A DNA stretch of 64,000 bases, from positions 1,696,001 through 1,760,000 of the forward strand of contig CBDCWI010000002.1 of the NCBI GenBank assembly GCA_965223325.1, read 5' to 3'. A model generated the notes under the pieces. That model saw only the letters and a program-made list of their open reading frames with translations. It had not been told where the DNA came from and made no database searches. Position 1 is the first letter of the stretch. Each line of letters starts with the position of its first letter. The translations under genes were made by a program, and so were the position numbers. This stretch comes from Candidatus Multivoradales bacterium (GTDB taxonomy: Bacteria; Acidobacteriota; Thermoanaerobaculia; Multivoradales; Multivoraceae). Of the stretch, positions 27,322 through 37,764 are shown one piece after another.

Positions 27322-29517
27322 TCAGGAATCAGCACCCAATGCCCAGAGCGCAAAGGCAAACTGATCCGCGATGTTCTCGATCTGCATCCAAGTTGGCTTC
27401 CCCGCCCCGTGGCCGGCCCGCGTTTCCACCCGGATCAACACCGGGTTGTCACACCGCTGCGCATGCTGCAGCTCGGCAGCGAACTTGAAACTATGCCAGG
27501 GAACCACCCGATCATCGTGATCAGCCGTGGTCACCAGAGTCGGCGGGAAGCAAGTTCCTGGCTTCACGTTGTGGTACGGCGAGTACGCGTACTGGGCGCG
27601 GAACTCCTCCTCCACCTCGCTCAACCCATAGTCCGTATTCCAGTTGCGCGCATTCGCACTCGGCAGGTGGTAGCGCAGCATGTCGAGCACTCCCACCGCC
27701 GGCAGCGCAGCTCCGAAGAGATCTGGGCGTTGCGTCATCGCCGCGCCCACCAGCAGGCCACCGTTCGAGCCCCCCTGGATCACCAGCTTCTCGGTGCTCG
27801 TGTACCCGTTGGCTATCAACCACTCCGCCGCCGCGATGAAGTCATCGAAAACGTTCTGCTTGCGCTCCTTGGTACCGGCAAGGTGCCATTCCTTGCCGTA
27901 CTCACCGCCACCCCGAAGGTTCGGAATCGCCAACACTCCGCCACGATCGAGCCACACCGCACGCGACACCGAGAAGCCCGGCGTCAGGGAAATGTTGAAA
28001 CCACCGTAGCCGTAAAGCAGCGTGGGGTTCGAACCATCGAGTTCGACACCCTTCGAGTAGGTCAAGAACATCGGAATGCGGGTTCCGTCGGAACTCTCGA
28101 AAAACACCTGCGACGTTTCGAAGCGTTCGCCATCGAGGGCAACCTCAGCGCGACGGAAGAGCTCGCTCTCGCCGCTTGCGACGTCATAACGGTAGATCGT
28201 CGACGGTTCGACGAACGACGAAAAGGTGTAGAACGTCTCGGAAGACCCGATGTCGCCTTCGAAGCCGCCGACGCTACCGATTCCCGGCAGCTCGACCGAA
28301 CGTTCTACCGTGCCATCGGGCGAATGCACGTTGACCAGTGGCAGCACATCGCGCAGGTACTCGGTGACCAGGCGACCGCCAACGAGCGAACTGTCGCGCA
28401 GAGTCTCTTCGCGTTGCGGCACCACATCGCGCCAGGCTGAGCGCGCCGGCTTCTTCGTATCGATCGCCAGGACGCGACCGCGTGGAGCATCCAACGTCGA
28501 CTGGAAGTAGAAGACCGAGCCCAGGTTGCCGAGGAAGTTGTAGAGCGCGTCCCAGTCGTCGAGAAGCTTGACGACTAGCGAATCAGGCCGCGCCAGGTCA
28601 CGGTAGTAGACCGCGTTGGTCAGATAGCCCTCCTGCACCGAGATCACCAGGTAGCGGCCGTCTTCGGTGACCGTGGCGTAGGGATTGCGGCGCTCATGGT
28701 CGGGCTCGTCGTGGACCAGGGTGTCCGCGCTCTGATCGGTTCCGAGACGGTGGAAGTAGACCGCGACCGCCTTCTGGTCGTCGCCCTCGCCGTCTTCGCC
28801 TTCGGGATAGCGGCTGTAGTAGAACCCTTCCCCGTCGCGCGACCAGGAAACGCTGGTGAACTTGGTGAAACCCAGGACTTCGTCGAGGTCCTCACCCTTC
28901 TCGATGTCGATGACATGCCAGCTGTTCCAGTCGGAGCCACCATCGGAACGCGAGTAGGCGGCATGCCTGCCGTCGGGGCTCACTGCTACCCCGGCCAGGG
29001 AGACCGTGCCGTCTTCGCTCCAGCCGTTGGGGTCGAGCAGGACCGTCGGTTCGGCAGCCAGATCGGGTGTGGTCATGAGAACGGAGTGGTTCTGGAGCCC
29101 GTCGTTGTAGGTCCAGAAGTAGCGGCCGCCCTCCTTGGCTGGCTGGCCATAGCGAGGGTGATCCCAGAGCTCAGTCAGGCGTTCGATGAGCGGTGCCCGT
29201 GCCGGCAGCGCTTCGAGCCACGGCTGAGACAGGGCGTTCTGGGCCGCGACCCAGGTTGCCGTCTTCTCACCGTCGAGGTCCTCGAGCCAACGGTAGGCGT
29301 CGGCGACGACGGTTCCGAAGTAGTCGTCGGTCACCTCACCACGCTCGCTCTGAGGGTAGTCCCAGGCGCTCTTGTTGGCGTCGGAGTTCATCGGGCCCCC
29401 ACTGCACGCCACCACAGCCAGGAGCAGAGCGAGCGCCAGCAAGAGAAGGGTGGAAAAAATCTCGCCGCTCTCGCGAGGCGGAGCGGTAACCGGTGCAGGA
29501 ATCAATCGCTGGGTCAT
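27322..29517 (-). CDS. Prolyl oligopeptidase (S9A), probable lipoprotein
   Basis: YGYGGF, NLRGGGEYG, GGSNGG, HDDRV, AGHG; lipobox AVVAC. Confidence 0.93.
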   Translation of the reverse strand: MTQRLIPAPVTAPPRESGEIFSTLLLLALALLLAVVACSGGPMNSDANKSAWDYPQSERGEVTDDYFGTVVADAYRWLEDLDGEKTATWVAAQNALSQPWLEALPARAPLIERLTELWDHPRYGQPAKEGGRYFWTYNDGLQNHSVLMTTPDLAAEPTVLLDPNGWSEDGTVSLAGVAVSPDGRHAAYSRSDGGSDWNSWHVIDIEKGEDLDEVLGFTKFTSVSWSRDGEGFYYSRYPEGEDGEGDDQKAVAVYFHRLGTDQSADTLVHDEPDHERRNPYATVTEDGRYLVISVQEGYLTNAVYYRDLARPDSLVVKLLDDWDALYNFLGNLGSVFYFQSTLDAPRGRVLAIDTKKPARSAWRDVVPQREETLRDSSLVGGRLVTEYLRDVLPLVNVHSPDGTVERSVELPGIGSVGGFEGDIGSSETFYTFSSFVEPSTIYRYDVASGESELFRRAEVALDGERFETSQVFFESSDGTRIPMFLTYSKGVELDGSNPTLLYGYGGFNISLTPGFSVSRAVWLDRGGVLAIPNLRGGGEYGKEWHLAGTKERKQNVFDDFIAAAEWLIANGYTSTEKLVIQGGSNGGLLVGAAMTQRPDLFGAALPAVGVLDMLRYHLPSANARNWNTDYGLSEVEEEFRAQYAYSPYHNVKPGTCFPPTLVTTADHDDRVVPWHSFKFAAELQHAQRCDNPVLIRVETRAGHGAGKPTWMQIENIADQFAFALWALGADS

Positions 29518-29607
29518 AGGACCTCCAGAGGGCCTGCGGAACGATACGCTCTAGATACGCTGAAGGCTCTTTCGTCGAGCCCTGAAGCCGCAGAATCGAG
29601 GTTGAGA

Positions 29608-30717
29608 TTGAACGAAGAGTATAGCGACGGACTTCCGGCCCAGACCCAGGAAGACCTGGCGGGGGAAGCGCGTACGCGCTCCTCAACCGAGGTACCGTCA
29701 GGCGCTCCGCCGGCCGACGCCACGCTCGCCCCCAGGCCGGCGCAGGGTTTCTGGCGCAACAGCTGGGGAGCGGTGCGCACACCGTGGCGGCTGGCGATCT
29801 GGATCGGCCTGGCCTTCATTGCCACGGTCGTTGCGGCGTCCCTTCAACGGAGTCTCAACCTCCACAACGGCGAAAGCGAAGCGACCACCGGAGCAGCCTT
29901 CCTGATTCTCGTAGCCTTCATCATTCTCGCCAGCCTCATCCCGATCAAAGTTTTCGACCGCGCCCCTGGAAGCGGAATGGCGCGCCTGGGGCTGGCCATC
30001 GACCGCTACACCGCGCGGGACTGGGCGCTGGGGTTTGCAGTTGGCGGTGGTTTGATCGTCGCGCTCTGGTTGATCGAAGGGGCCATCGACGCCCTCACCT
30101 TCGGGCCCGACGTGGTGTTCGACGGGGTAGCGCTCCTGGCTGCGGCAATGATGTTCTTCTTCGCCGCGCTGTTCGAGGAACTCATCTTTCGTGGCTACCC
30201 GCTGCGGGTGCTCGCCGAAGCTACGGGCCGCTGGCCGGCCATCGCACTCACCTCGCTCGCCTTCGGTTGGGCTCACAACGGCAACCCAGAGGCCTCTCTC
30301 TTGAGCTTCACCAACACCACCCTGGCCGGAGTCCTACTGGCTCTCGCCTGGTGGCGCACCGAGTCGCTCTGGCTTCCCACGGTTCTACACTGGGCGTGGA
30401 ACCTGATGATGGGACCAGTGCTCGGTCTGCCGGTCAGCGGCCTGCCGTTTCCCGCCCGGCTCTTGGATAGCGATCTCACCGCACGCGGCCTCGAGCTGAG
30501 TCTGTGGACCGGCGGCGAGTACGGGCCCGAGGGAGGACTGCTGTTGACCATGCTGGTGATTCCGGCCTGCATCTTGCTCGCGCGAACAGGTCTGTCCGGG
30601 CGTGGACGTAACGTGGAAGTTGCGCGGCTCCAACAACAAGCAGGAGGAGGTGCGCAGCTGGCTCCAGGACGATCTGCAGAGCCGACTCCGACTCCACCGC
30701 TCGACACGATGAGGTGA
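29608..30717 (+). CDS. CPBP (CAAX protease-like) intramembrane metalloprotease
   Basis: EELIFRGY, FGWAH, HWAWN, GPEGG; TTG start inferred. Confidence 0.85.
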   Translation: MNEEYSDGLPAQTQEDLAGEARTRSSTEVPSGAPPADATLAPRPAQGFWRNSWGAVRTPWRLAIWIGLAFIATVVAASLQRSLNLHNGESEATTGAAFLILVAFIILASLIPIKVFDRAPGSGMARLGLAIDRYTARDWALGFAVGGGLIVALWLIEGAIDALTFGPDVVFDGVALLAAAMMFFFAALFEELIFRGYPLRVLAEATGRWPAIALTSLAFGWAHNGNPEASLLSFTNTTLAGVLLALAWWRTESLWLPTVLHWAWNLMMGPVLGLPVSGLPFPARLLDSDLTARGLELSLWTGGEYGPEGGLLLTMLVIPACILLARTGLSGRGRNVEVARLQQQAGGGAQLAPGRSAEPTPTPPLDTMR

Positions 30718-30737
30718 CGGGCACCTGGCTGAAGGAC

Positions 30738-31472
30738 ATGACAGAAGCATCGAGAAGCGATTCCTCGCACGAAGGCGTCACCTACCAGCGCACCCTAGCG
30801 TCCATCCCCTTCGACGGCGTTGAGGGTGGCCAGCTCCCGGCCCTCATGATGGCCCCACCAGACCCGCTCGCGGGCTGTCTGCTGGCACACGGCGCCGGCG
30901 CCGGCCACCGGCACCGTTTGATGGAGCGCTCAGCCGTCGTGTTGGCGCGCTGCGGCATCGCGTCACTGCGCTACGACTTTCCCTACATGGCGGAAGGTGG
31001 AAGGCGCCCCGATCGCCCCAAGCGCCTGCACGCCGCAGTGCGTGCCGCCACTCAGCATGCGCGACTGCTCTTCGACGGCATCGCAGAGGGGCTACCAATG
31101 ATCGCCGGCGGGCGCTCGATGGGCGGCCGCATGACATCACAGGCCCAGGCACTCGAACCACTGCCGAGCGTCCGCGGCCTGGTCTTCTTCGCCTTTCCCT
31201 TGCACCCGGTCAAGAAGCCGGGTCGCGAGCGCGCCGAACATCTCCGCACGGTCGACATCCCGATGCTCTTTCTCGCCGGTACACGCGACAAACTCGCGCT
31301 CCCCGAACATCTCCACCCCACCATCGAAGAACTCGGCACCTCAGTCACGCTCTCGGAAGCCGTCGGGGCAGACCACTCCTTCGAGGTGCTCAAACGCTCT
31401 GGACGCACGCCGGAAGACGTCGACCTTGAGCTGGCCGAGGCGATCAAGGCCTGGCTCGGGCAGCTCCTCTAG
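30738..31472 (+). CDS. Alpha/beta hydrolase
   Basis: LAHGAGAG, GGRSMGGR, FPLHP, GTRD, ADHSF. Confidence 0.85.
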   Translation: MTEASRSDSSHEGVTYQRTLASIPFDGVEGGQLPALMMAPPDPLAGCLLAHGAGAGHRHRLMERSAVVLARCGIASLRYDFPYMAEGGRRPDRPKRLHAAVRAATQHARLLFDGIAEGLPMIAGGRSMGGRMTSQAQALEPLPSVRGLVFFAFPLHPVKKPGRERAEHLRTVDIPMLFLAGTRDKLALPEHLHPTIEELGTSVTLSEAVGADHSFEVLKRSGRTPEDVDLELAEAIKAWLGQLL

Positions 31473-31515
31473 GAGGTTCGGCCTCGACGAGGCTGACCCT
31501 TGGGCGATTCGACGC

Positions 31516-32142
31516 CTACGACACATTCGGATCACCGTCAATCCAGAACCGCCACGGGTAGTCCTCTGCCTTCGAGATCCCCACCCGTGGCCCCACCGCC
31601 GGTGAGCGCGGAGGCGGCGTCCCGTCGTCTTTGATCGCGATGCCCTGGTTCATGCGCACCAGGTCAGCTCCGTTGGCCTCACCATCAATCTCGAGCGCCT
31701 GGCAAAGGCGCGCCGGACCGGAGCAGAGAAGCCGATCCGCCAGCGGCCGTCCCGAGCGTTTCTTGCGGCTCCTACGAGTCAGAGAGCGCAAGCGCCGCAT
31801 CGTTTCGACGCCGCGCATCGGCGACAGCGCCCGCACCAGGACGGCGCTTGCCTCTCCCTTCGTGCCGCAGACGGCGTTGCAACACCAGTGCATGCCGTAA
31901 GTGAAGTAGACGTAGAGGTGGCCGCCAGGCCCGAACATCACCTGGGTTCTCGGGGTCTGGCCGCGAAAGGCGTGGCTGGCCGGGTCGTTGGCACCATCGT
32001 AGGCCTCGACCTCGACAATGCGCCCAGCCAGAACCCCAGCCGGCGTGCGCCGCCAGAGCACCTTGCCGAGCATCTCGGGCGCCACCTCGAGGACCGGTCG
32101 GCGATAGAACGAGCGTGGCAGCACCTTCATCGCGCGCCCCAT
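31516..32142 (-). CDS. mpg: DNA-3-methyladenine glycosylase
   Basis: IVEVEAY, YVYFTYGMHWC, AVLVRA, SGPARLC, RVGIS. Confidence 0.92.
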   Translation of the reverse strand: MGRAMKVLPRSFYRRPVLEVAPEMLGKVLWRRTPAGVLAGRIVEVEAYDGANDPASHAFRGQTPRTQVMFGPGGHLYVYFTYGMHWCCNAVCGTKGEASAVLVRALSPMRGVETMRRLRSLTRRSRKKRSGRPLADRLLCSGPARLCQALEIDGEANGADLVRMNQGIAIKDDGTPPPRSPAVGPRVGISKAEDYPWRFWIDGDPNVS

Positions 32143-32191
32143 CAGCCGCCCCTCGGAGCGCGACACCGAAGCCTCCGGTAGTCTCGGCTCA

Positions 32192-33091
32192 ATGTCAGAG
32201 AAAACGCCTGAACGTGTCGCATTCCTTGGACTCGGTGTGATGGGTTATCCAATGGCCGGTCACCTGCTCGCAGCCGGCCACCAGGTGGTCGTCTACAACC
32301 GTACACAAGAGCGCGCCGATGCGTGGCTCGCGCAATACGCACCCGGCGGCGAAGCGCGGAGCGCCAGCACTCCCGCTGAAGCCGCGCAAGGCGCCAGTAT
32401 CGTTTTCACTTGCGTTGGTAACGACAACGACGTGCGCGCGGTGACCCTGGGCGGAAACGGTGCGCTCTCCCAACTCGCCCCCGGTTCGCTACTCGTCGAT
32501 CACACCACCGCTTCGGCAATCGTCGCCCGCGAGCTCGACGCGGCATGCCAGGCGCGCGGCTGTGGTTTTCTCGACGCGCCGATCTCGGGCGGCCAATCCG
32601 GTGCCGAGAATGGAGCTTTGACCGTCATGTGCGGGGGAAGCGAAGGCGACTTCGAGCGCGCCGTACCGGTCATCGATGCCTACGCACGACAGGTCCGCCT
32701 GCTCGGCCCGGCAGGCTGTGGGCAACTGACCAAGATGGTCAACCAGATCTGTATTGCAGGGCTCCTGGAGGGGCTTGCCGAAGGCATCCACTTCGCCAGG
32801 CGAGCCGGGCTCGACCCGCTGGCGGTGGTAGACGCCATCTCCAAGGGGGCGGCGCAGTCCTGGCAGATGGACAATCGCACCGCCACGATGAATGCCGGTG
32901 AGTACGACCACGGCTTCGCCGTCGAGTGGATGCGCAAAGACCTGGGCATCGCACTCGACGAGGCTCGTCGCAACGGCGCCCAACTGCCGGTCACCGCAAT
33001 GGTGGACACGTTCTACGCCGAGGTCGAGAAGCGCGGCGGCAAACGCTTCGACACCTCGAGCCTGCTGTTGCTTCTCGAGGACGACTCCTAG
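32192..33091 (+). CDS. 3-hydroxyisobutyrate dehydrogenase family oxidoreductase
   Basis: GLGVMG, DAPISGGQ, TKMVNQ, MRKDL. Confidence 0.9.
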   Translation: MSEKTPERVAFLGLGVMGYPMAGHLLAAGHQVVVYNRTQERADAWLAQYAPGGEARSASTPAEAAQGASIVFTCVGNDNDVRAVTLGGNGALSQLAPGSLLVDHTTASAIVARELDAACQARGCGFLDAPISGGQSGAENGALTVMCGGSEGDFERAVPVIDAYARQVRLLGPAGCGQLTKMVNQICIAGLLEGLAEGIHFARRAGLDPLAVVDAISKGAAQSWQMDNRTATMNAGEYDHGFAVEWMRKDLGIALDEARRNGAQLPVTAMVDTFYAEVEKRGGKRFDTSSLLLLLEDDS

Positions 33092-33167
33092 CTCCTGGCG
33101 CCTGGCTCCCCTGGGCCTGGCATACTTTGACCACCCCAGATCCGAAACCACGAAGCAGGTGCCCACG

Positions 33168-34544
33168 ATGACTCGAGAACACGTTCTAGCGGTCGCCGCT
33201 CTCCTCGGCATGAGCGGTCTTGTCGCCGCCGCGGGGCCCGCGGTCAGCGTCCCCGCCGAAACCGATGGGCCAACCTGGTACCGCGACGCCCTTCCCATCA
33301 TCCAAGAAAACTGTCAGGAGTGTCACCGCGAAGAGGGAGCCAACTACGGTGGCATGCGCGCGCCAATGGCATTCGGTAGCTACGAGGAAGCACGCCCGTG
33401 GGCACGCTCGATCGCCAAACAGGTCAAGAGCCGTGAGATGCCTCCGTGGGACGCCCACCCGCAGCACAATGGCGTCTTTGCCAACGAGCGCGTTCTAACG
33501 GATGACGAGGTTGACACGCTGGTGCGCTGGGCCCAGGCGGGCGCACCCGCGGGCGATCGGGCGGACGCTCCGCCAGCGCGCGAGTTCAAGAGCACTGGCG
33601 GCTGGTTGATTGGTAAACCCGATCTGGTCGTCACCATGCCCGAGCCCTACACCGTCGCCGACGAGGTCGAAGACATCTACACCGCGTTCTCGGTCGACCT
33701 TACCGAGGAGATGCTGCCGGAGGACCGTTGGGTCATTGCCTTCCAGTGCCAACCCAGTACCTCGATCGTCCACCACTTCAACCTGCATCTACTCGAACCT
33801 GACGAAAACGGAGAGCTCCCCGCGGAGCTGCCCGAGTTCCCAGTCGACGGGCAGATCGCTCCTCAACAGGCCGGTCAATACATGGGTGGAACGGCTTCGG
33901 GCAGCGAGGCCAACCGCTACCCCGAAGGCTACGGGTTTCTCCTCAAGAAAGGCTCGCGCGTGACCTTCGACATCCACTACCACAAGGAACCTGGCGCGGG
34001 CACCGCTGTTACCGACCAGAGCTCGATCGGCTTCGTGTTCTCGGAGAAGCCGCTCGACCGCATGATTGGCTCCGGGATTCGGCCGGCTATGAAGTTTGAC
34101 TTCGCCATTCCGCCCAACGACGCCAACTACAAGGTCGGTCCACTCGCGACCAAAGCATGGAAAGACACCGACCTGATCGGCCTCATGCCGCACATGCACA
34201 TGCGCGGCAAAGCTGCCAGGTACGTTGCCCGCTACCCCGACGGCACAAGCGAAGTGCTGCTCGATGTGCCGAACTACGACTTCAGCTGGCAGACGGTCTA
34301 CTACTACAAGGAAATGAAGCGCATCCCCAAGGGCACCACCATCGAGTACACCGCCTGGTACGACAACTCGCCCGAGGCGGCGGCACGCTATGGCTTCGAC
34401 TCGAACCGCGAGGTGCGCTTTGGCCAGCCGTCGACCGACGAAATGGTGATGGGGTTCATCATGGGGGCTGCGGTTCCTGAAGGCGGCGACGCGAAGGAAG
34501 ACGCCAACGTGAACACCCCCACGGAGAGTGGGGGCGGTGAGTAG
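33168..34544 (+). CDS. Secreted cytochrome c / PHM-like copper monooxygenase fusion (paralog 2)
   Basis: Signal peptide; CQECH, EMPPW; VHH, DIHYH, PHMHMRG, DEM. Confidence 0.8.
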   Translation: MTREHVLAVAALLGMSGLVAAAGPAVSVPAETDGPTWYRDALPIIQENCQECHREEGANYGGMRAPMAFGSYEEARPWARSIAKQVKSREMPPWDAHPQHNGVFANERVLTDDEVDTLVRWAQAGAPAGDRADAPPAREFKSTGGWLIGKPDLVVTMPEPYTVADEVEDIYTAFSVDLTEEMLPEDRWVIAFQCQPSTSIVHHFNLHLLEPDENGELPAELPEFPVDGQIAPQQAGQYMGGTASGSEANRYPEGYGFLLKKGSRVTFDIHYHKEPGAGTAVTDQSSIGFVFSEKPLDRMIGSGIRPAMKFDFAIPPNDANYKVGPLATKAWKDTDLIGLMPHMHMRGKAARYVARYPDGTSEVLLDVPNYDFSWQTVYYYKEMKRIPKGTTIEYTAWYDNSPEAAARYGFDSNREVRFGQPSTDEMVMGFIMGAAVPEGGDAKEDANVNTPTESGGGE

Positions 34545-35445
34545 CTCCCCGGAGTTCGGCAGAGATTTCGAAGCCATTCGCTACGAGGTCGAAGACGGCC
34601 GCGCACGCGTGATCTTCAACCGGCCCGGGAAGCGCAACGCCCTGTCCCTGCAGCTGCTCGAGGAGATGTCGGCGGCGCTCTGGGAAGCAGACGCCGACAC
34701 CCGGGTGCACGCGGTGGTGATCAAGGGCGCCGGACCCTGTTTCAGCGCTGGCTACGACCTTTCAGGTTTCGTCGCCGGGAAGGAACCCCCGCCGCATCAC
34801 CGACGAGGTGACAGCTTCGACGACGACGCCTGGCGGCTCGAGAAGTCGCAGCGCCTGCGCATGACGATCTTCGACATGCACAAGCCGGTCATCGCGCAGG
34901 TCCATGGCCACTGTCTCGCCGGCGGCACCGACGTCGCCCTGCTCTGTGACATGGTGATCGCCGCCGACGACGCGACCATTGGCTTTCCACCGGCGCGCGA
35001 TCTCGGCTGCCTGCCCAACAACATGTGGCTCTACAACGTTGGACCGCAGTGGGCGAAACGGCTGACGTTGACCGGCGATACCGTCACCGGCAGCGAGGCG
35101 GCAGAGATCGGCCTGGTGATGAAGGCCGTTCCGGCCGAGCTCCTCGAGGCCGAGGTCGAGGGTCTGCTCGACCGCATGGCCAGGATCGACGCCGACCTGC
35201 TCTCGGCCAACAAGCGCATTCTCAACATCGGCCTCGAGCTGATGGGAGCGCGCACGCTGCAACGACTCGCCGCCGAAAACGACGCCCGTGGTCACCTGGC
35301 AAGAAGCGCCGGTGCTTTCGTTTCCAAAGTCAAAGAGCGCGGCCTCAAGACCGCCCTCAGCGAGCGCGACGCGCAGTTCGGCGACGGCCGAGCACGCGTT
35401 GGAGGCCCCGAGATTCGCGACCAGAAAGGCCACCTGGTCGATTAG
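34537..35445 (+). CDS. Enoyl-CoA hydratase/crotonase family protein
   Basis: RPGKRNAL, FSAGYDL, KPVIAQVHGHCLAGG; start overlaps the paralog 2 stop. Confidence 0.88.
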   Translation: MSSSPEFGRDFEAIRYEVEDGRARVIFNRPGKRNALSLQLLEEMSAALWEADADTRVHAVVIKGAGPCFSAGYDLSGFVAGKEPPPHHRRGDSFDDDAWRLEKSQRLRMTIFDMHKPVIAQVHGHCLAGGTDVALLCDMVIAADDATIGFPPARDLGCLPNNMWLYNVGPQWAKRLTLTGDTVTGSEAAEIGLVMKAVPAELLEAEVEGLLDRMARIDADLLSANKRILNIGLELMGARTLQRLAAENDARGHLARSAGAFVSKVKERGLKTALSERDAQFGDGRARVGGPEIRDQKGHLVD

Positions 35446-35449
35446 TCCT

Positions 35450-35860
35450 TCAGCGCGCCGCTTCGGCCGCCCGACCGTTGGCGACTTCGAGCCGCCAGCC
35501 CCAGAGGCTGAGCGCGGCACCTGTGAATTCTGCCGCCATGAGGACCAGCAGAATCGGCGCGCCCCCACCCTCGAGCAGGTAACTGCTCGCCCGCACCAGG
35601 CCGTAGCCCGCCAACATCATCGCCGAAGCAAGCAACCCGGTCGCGACGCGCGCGGGTGAGGTGGCGCACCAGATCAGGAAGGCGGTAATACCGAACAGCA
35701 GGCCACCGTACTGGGCACGAATCTCGGTGCGAGCGGTGGCGGTGGGAACGCCCACGTCGACCATCGCGCCGAGCTCGACCGGAACTGCCGTAAAGGCGAT
35801 CGCAAAGCCCCCGAAGACGATGACCGAGGACCAAAGGATAAGTTTCGGTAGCTGTTTCAG
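35450..35860 (-). CDS. DUF4345-like four-TM membrane protein, probable CTG start
   Basis: EIRAQYGG motif; the frame stays open through a further TM helix to CTG at 35860, 8 nt after AAGGAG. Confidence 0.7.
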   Translation of the reverse strand: MKQLPKLILWSSVIVFGGFAIAFTAVPVELGAMVDVGVPTATARTEIRAQYGGLLFGITAFLIWCATSPARVATGLLASAMMLAGYGLVRASSYLLEGGGAPILLVLMAAEFTGAALSLWGWRLEVANGRAAEAAR

Positions 35861-35887
35861 GACCGAGTCTCCTTTCGTGGGGAATCT

Positions 35888-36532
35888 CTAAAAGCCAGCA
35901 CCTGGCTGACTGAGGTACAGGAGCTCCTCGCGCGTCGACTCACGACCGAGAATCTCGTTGCGGTGCGGAAAGCGGCCGAACTGCGCAATCACGTCACGGT
36001 GGCTTTCTGCGTAGGTAACGAACCCCAAGAAAGGTTCCTGCTGCGCGCCAGGCAGGCTGGCGGCGAGTTGGCGGCAGAGGGCGACGCTGTGCTCCTGGTC
36101 GGCGAGGTTCTCCGAATGTTCGAGCGGCAAGTAGAGAAACAGCCTCTCGATCGGTGTCAGCTGCTGGTCGACGCCCTCGGTGATCGCGCCCAATGCCATG
36201 TCACGCGCCAACGGGTCCTGGGCAAAAGCATCCGGCGTACCTCGGCAGACATTGCGCGAGAATTGATCGAGCACCACGACCACGGCCAGAAGACCGAGCG
36301 GGGTCGTCGACCAGATCGAACCGGGGGCACCGCTTCTGGTAGCCGCAAGTAGCGCGCCGAACCTCTCTTCGATCAACCGATCGACCTCGGGGTCGTGACT
36401 CCACCAGATCGCAGCCTGCGTCTGGGCAACTTCGGCGTCGTCGCCGCCCTCGGTGGGTCGGTGTCCGAACCAGTAGCGCAGCACCTCGAGCAGTCGCGGC
36501 GGAGCTCCTTTGTCGTAGCGACCCTGGTTCAT
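35888..36532 (-). CDS. DUF924 family protein
   Basis: LDQFSRN, FLYLPLEHSE, FGRFPHRN..LGR. Confidence 0.88.
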   Translation of the reverse strand: MNQGRYDKGAPPRLLEVLRYWFGHRPTEGGDDAEVAQTQAAIWWSHDPEVDRLIEERFGALLAATRSGAPGSIWSTTPLGLLAVVVVLDQFSRNVCRGTPDAFAQDPLARDMALGAITEGVDQQLTPIERLFLYLPLEHSENLADQEHSVALCRQLAASLPGAQQEPFLGFVTYAESHRDVIAQFGRFPHRNEILGRESTREELLYLSQPGAGF

Positions 36533-37599
36533 CCCGTGCCGCCTTCGAACACCGCCTCGAGGAGGCCCTCGCCGGGCCACCGAATCGGATCTTCGGCCAC
36601 CAATCCGGTCACCGCATGCGCCTCCTCGAGCGCTCTTAGTGCCGCCTGGTCATCGAGCCGCCAGGTCGAAAGCGCCAGCGCCACGACCGGCGACGGCTTG
36701 ACCCAGGCCGCGGCCTGCTGATGAATGTCGACCAGCTCGGGCAGCGACGGCAGCTCACGACCCGGGCAGTGGCGCACCTCGAGGCGACCGGCTTCGTGAC
36801 AGAGCACCATGGCGTCCGGGCGCGTGCCATGCAGAAGACCGAGACTGACGCCACTGAAGAACGGGTGGACCAGACTCCCTTGCCCTTCGACCAGCACGAC
36901 CCCCTTCTGGCCGGGCAGGCGCTCAACCGCTTCGTCGACGAGGCGCTCGGCGGCGCCGGCGACAAAGTCCGAAATCACCCGATCGATCGCCATGCCGTGG
37001 CCTTCGAGCAGCACCCCAGTCTGGCCGGTGGCCACAAACTCGACCGCGTGGCCGGCTGACCGAGCTCGCCGGGTGAGGGCTCGCATGGCGGTCATCTTGC
37101 CGACGTTGCAGTCCGAGCCGACCGCCAGAACCACATGAACAGCCGCGGGCCGCGGCGCCAGAGTGGGCACCGAAAGATCACTCGGCACCGAGCGCAAGTC
37201 GACGATTGAAGCGCCGCTTGCCTCGGCTGCCGCAGCCAGCTGCGGGTCCTGGGCGAGTTCGGTGTGCAAGCCGTTCCAGACCGAAAGACCCCGGCCCAAC
37301 GCCTCTTGCAGCTCACTTCGCCAGCGTTCGGGCATCCGGCCGCCGGGGAGGGCGGCGCCGACCAGCAGGCGCTCGGCTCCCTTCTCGATGGCCTCATCGA
37401 GGGTGCGCACGATGGGGACACCGCGACCGACGCCGAGAACTTCGCCCACCGTTCGTTCCGGACCCTGGTGGTCGCCATCGATCACCGCGACGACGGTCTC
37501 GGGACGCTCCATGAGGAGCGCCATCCCGGTCTTGGCCTGGCTGCGATCGAGCGAACCGTGCATCAGGATCGCCCAACGGGGATGCTCGGAGGAACCCAT
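36529..37599 (-). CDS. DUF1611 family P-loop protein
   Basis: NGLH, GSDCNVGKMT, TGQTG, DFVAGA, EGQGS. Confidence 0.88.
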   Translation of the reverse strand: MGSSEHPRWAILMHGSLDRSQAKTGMALLMERPETVVAVIDGDHQGPERTVGEVLGVGRGVPIVRTLDEAIEKGAERLLVGAALPGGRMPERWRSELQEALGRGLSVWNGLHTELAQDPQLAAAAEASGASIVDLRSVPSDLSVPTLAPRPAAVHVVLAVGSDCNVGKMTAMRALTRRARSAGHAVEFVATGQTGVLLEGHGMAIDRVISDFVAGAAERLVDEAVERLPGQKGVVLVEGQGSLVHPFFSGVSLGLLHGTRPDAMVLCHEAGRLEVRHCPGRELPSLPELVDIHQQAAAWVKPSPVVALALSTWRLDDQAALRALEEAHAVTGLVAEDPIRWPGEGLLEAVFEGGTG

Positions 37600-37764
37600 G
37601 GGGCGCACTTTAGAACACTAGGGGTGGTGTGATCCGGCCAATGGAGGCTCACCTCAAACGACTCGAGGGCCGCGCCCTCCTTCGAGAACGCGACCCTCTC
37701 GCCCTGGTGTCGCCAGCCAGCGACCAGTCATGCCGACGGCTTACCGAGGATCAACCGATGAGCT

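Noticed and set aside
35450-36532. Amber read-through fusion of DUF924 and the DUF4345-like gene
   Set aside because: DUF924 ends at its usual C-terminus, and an SD plus CTG explains the downstream gene more simply; no pyl genes were seen.
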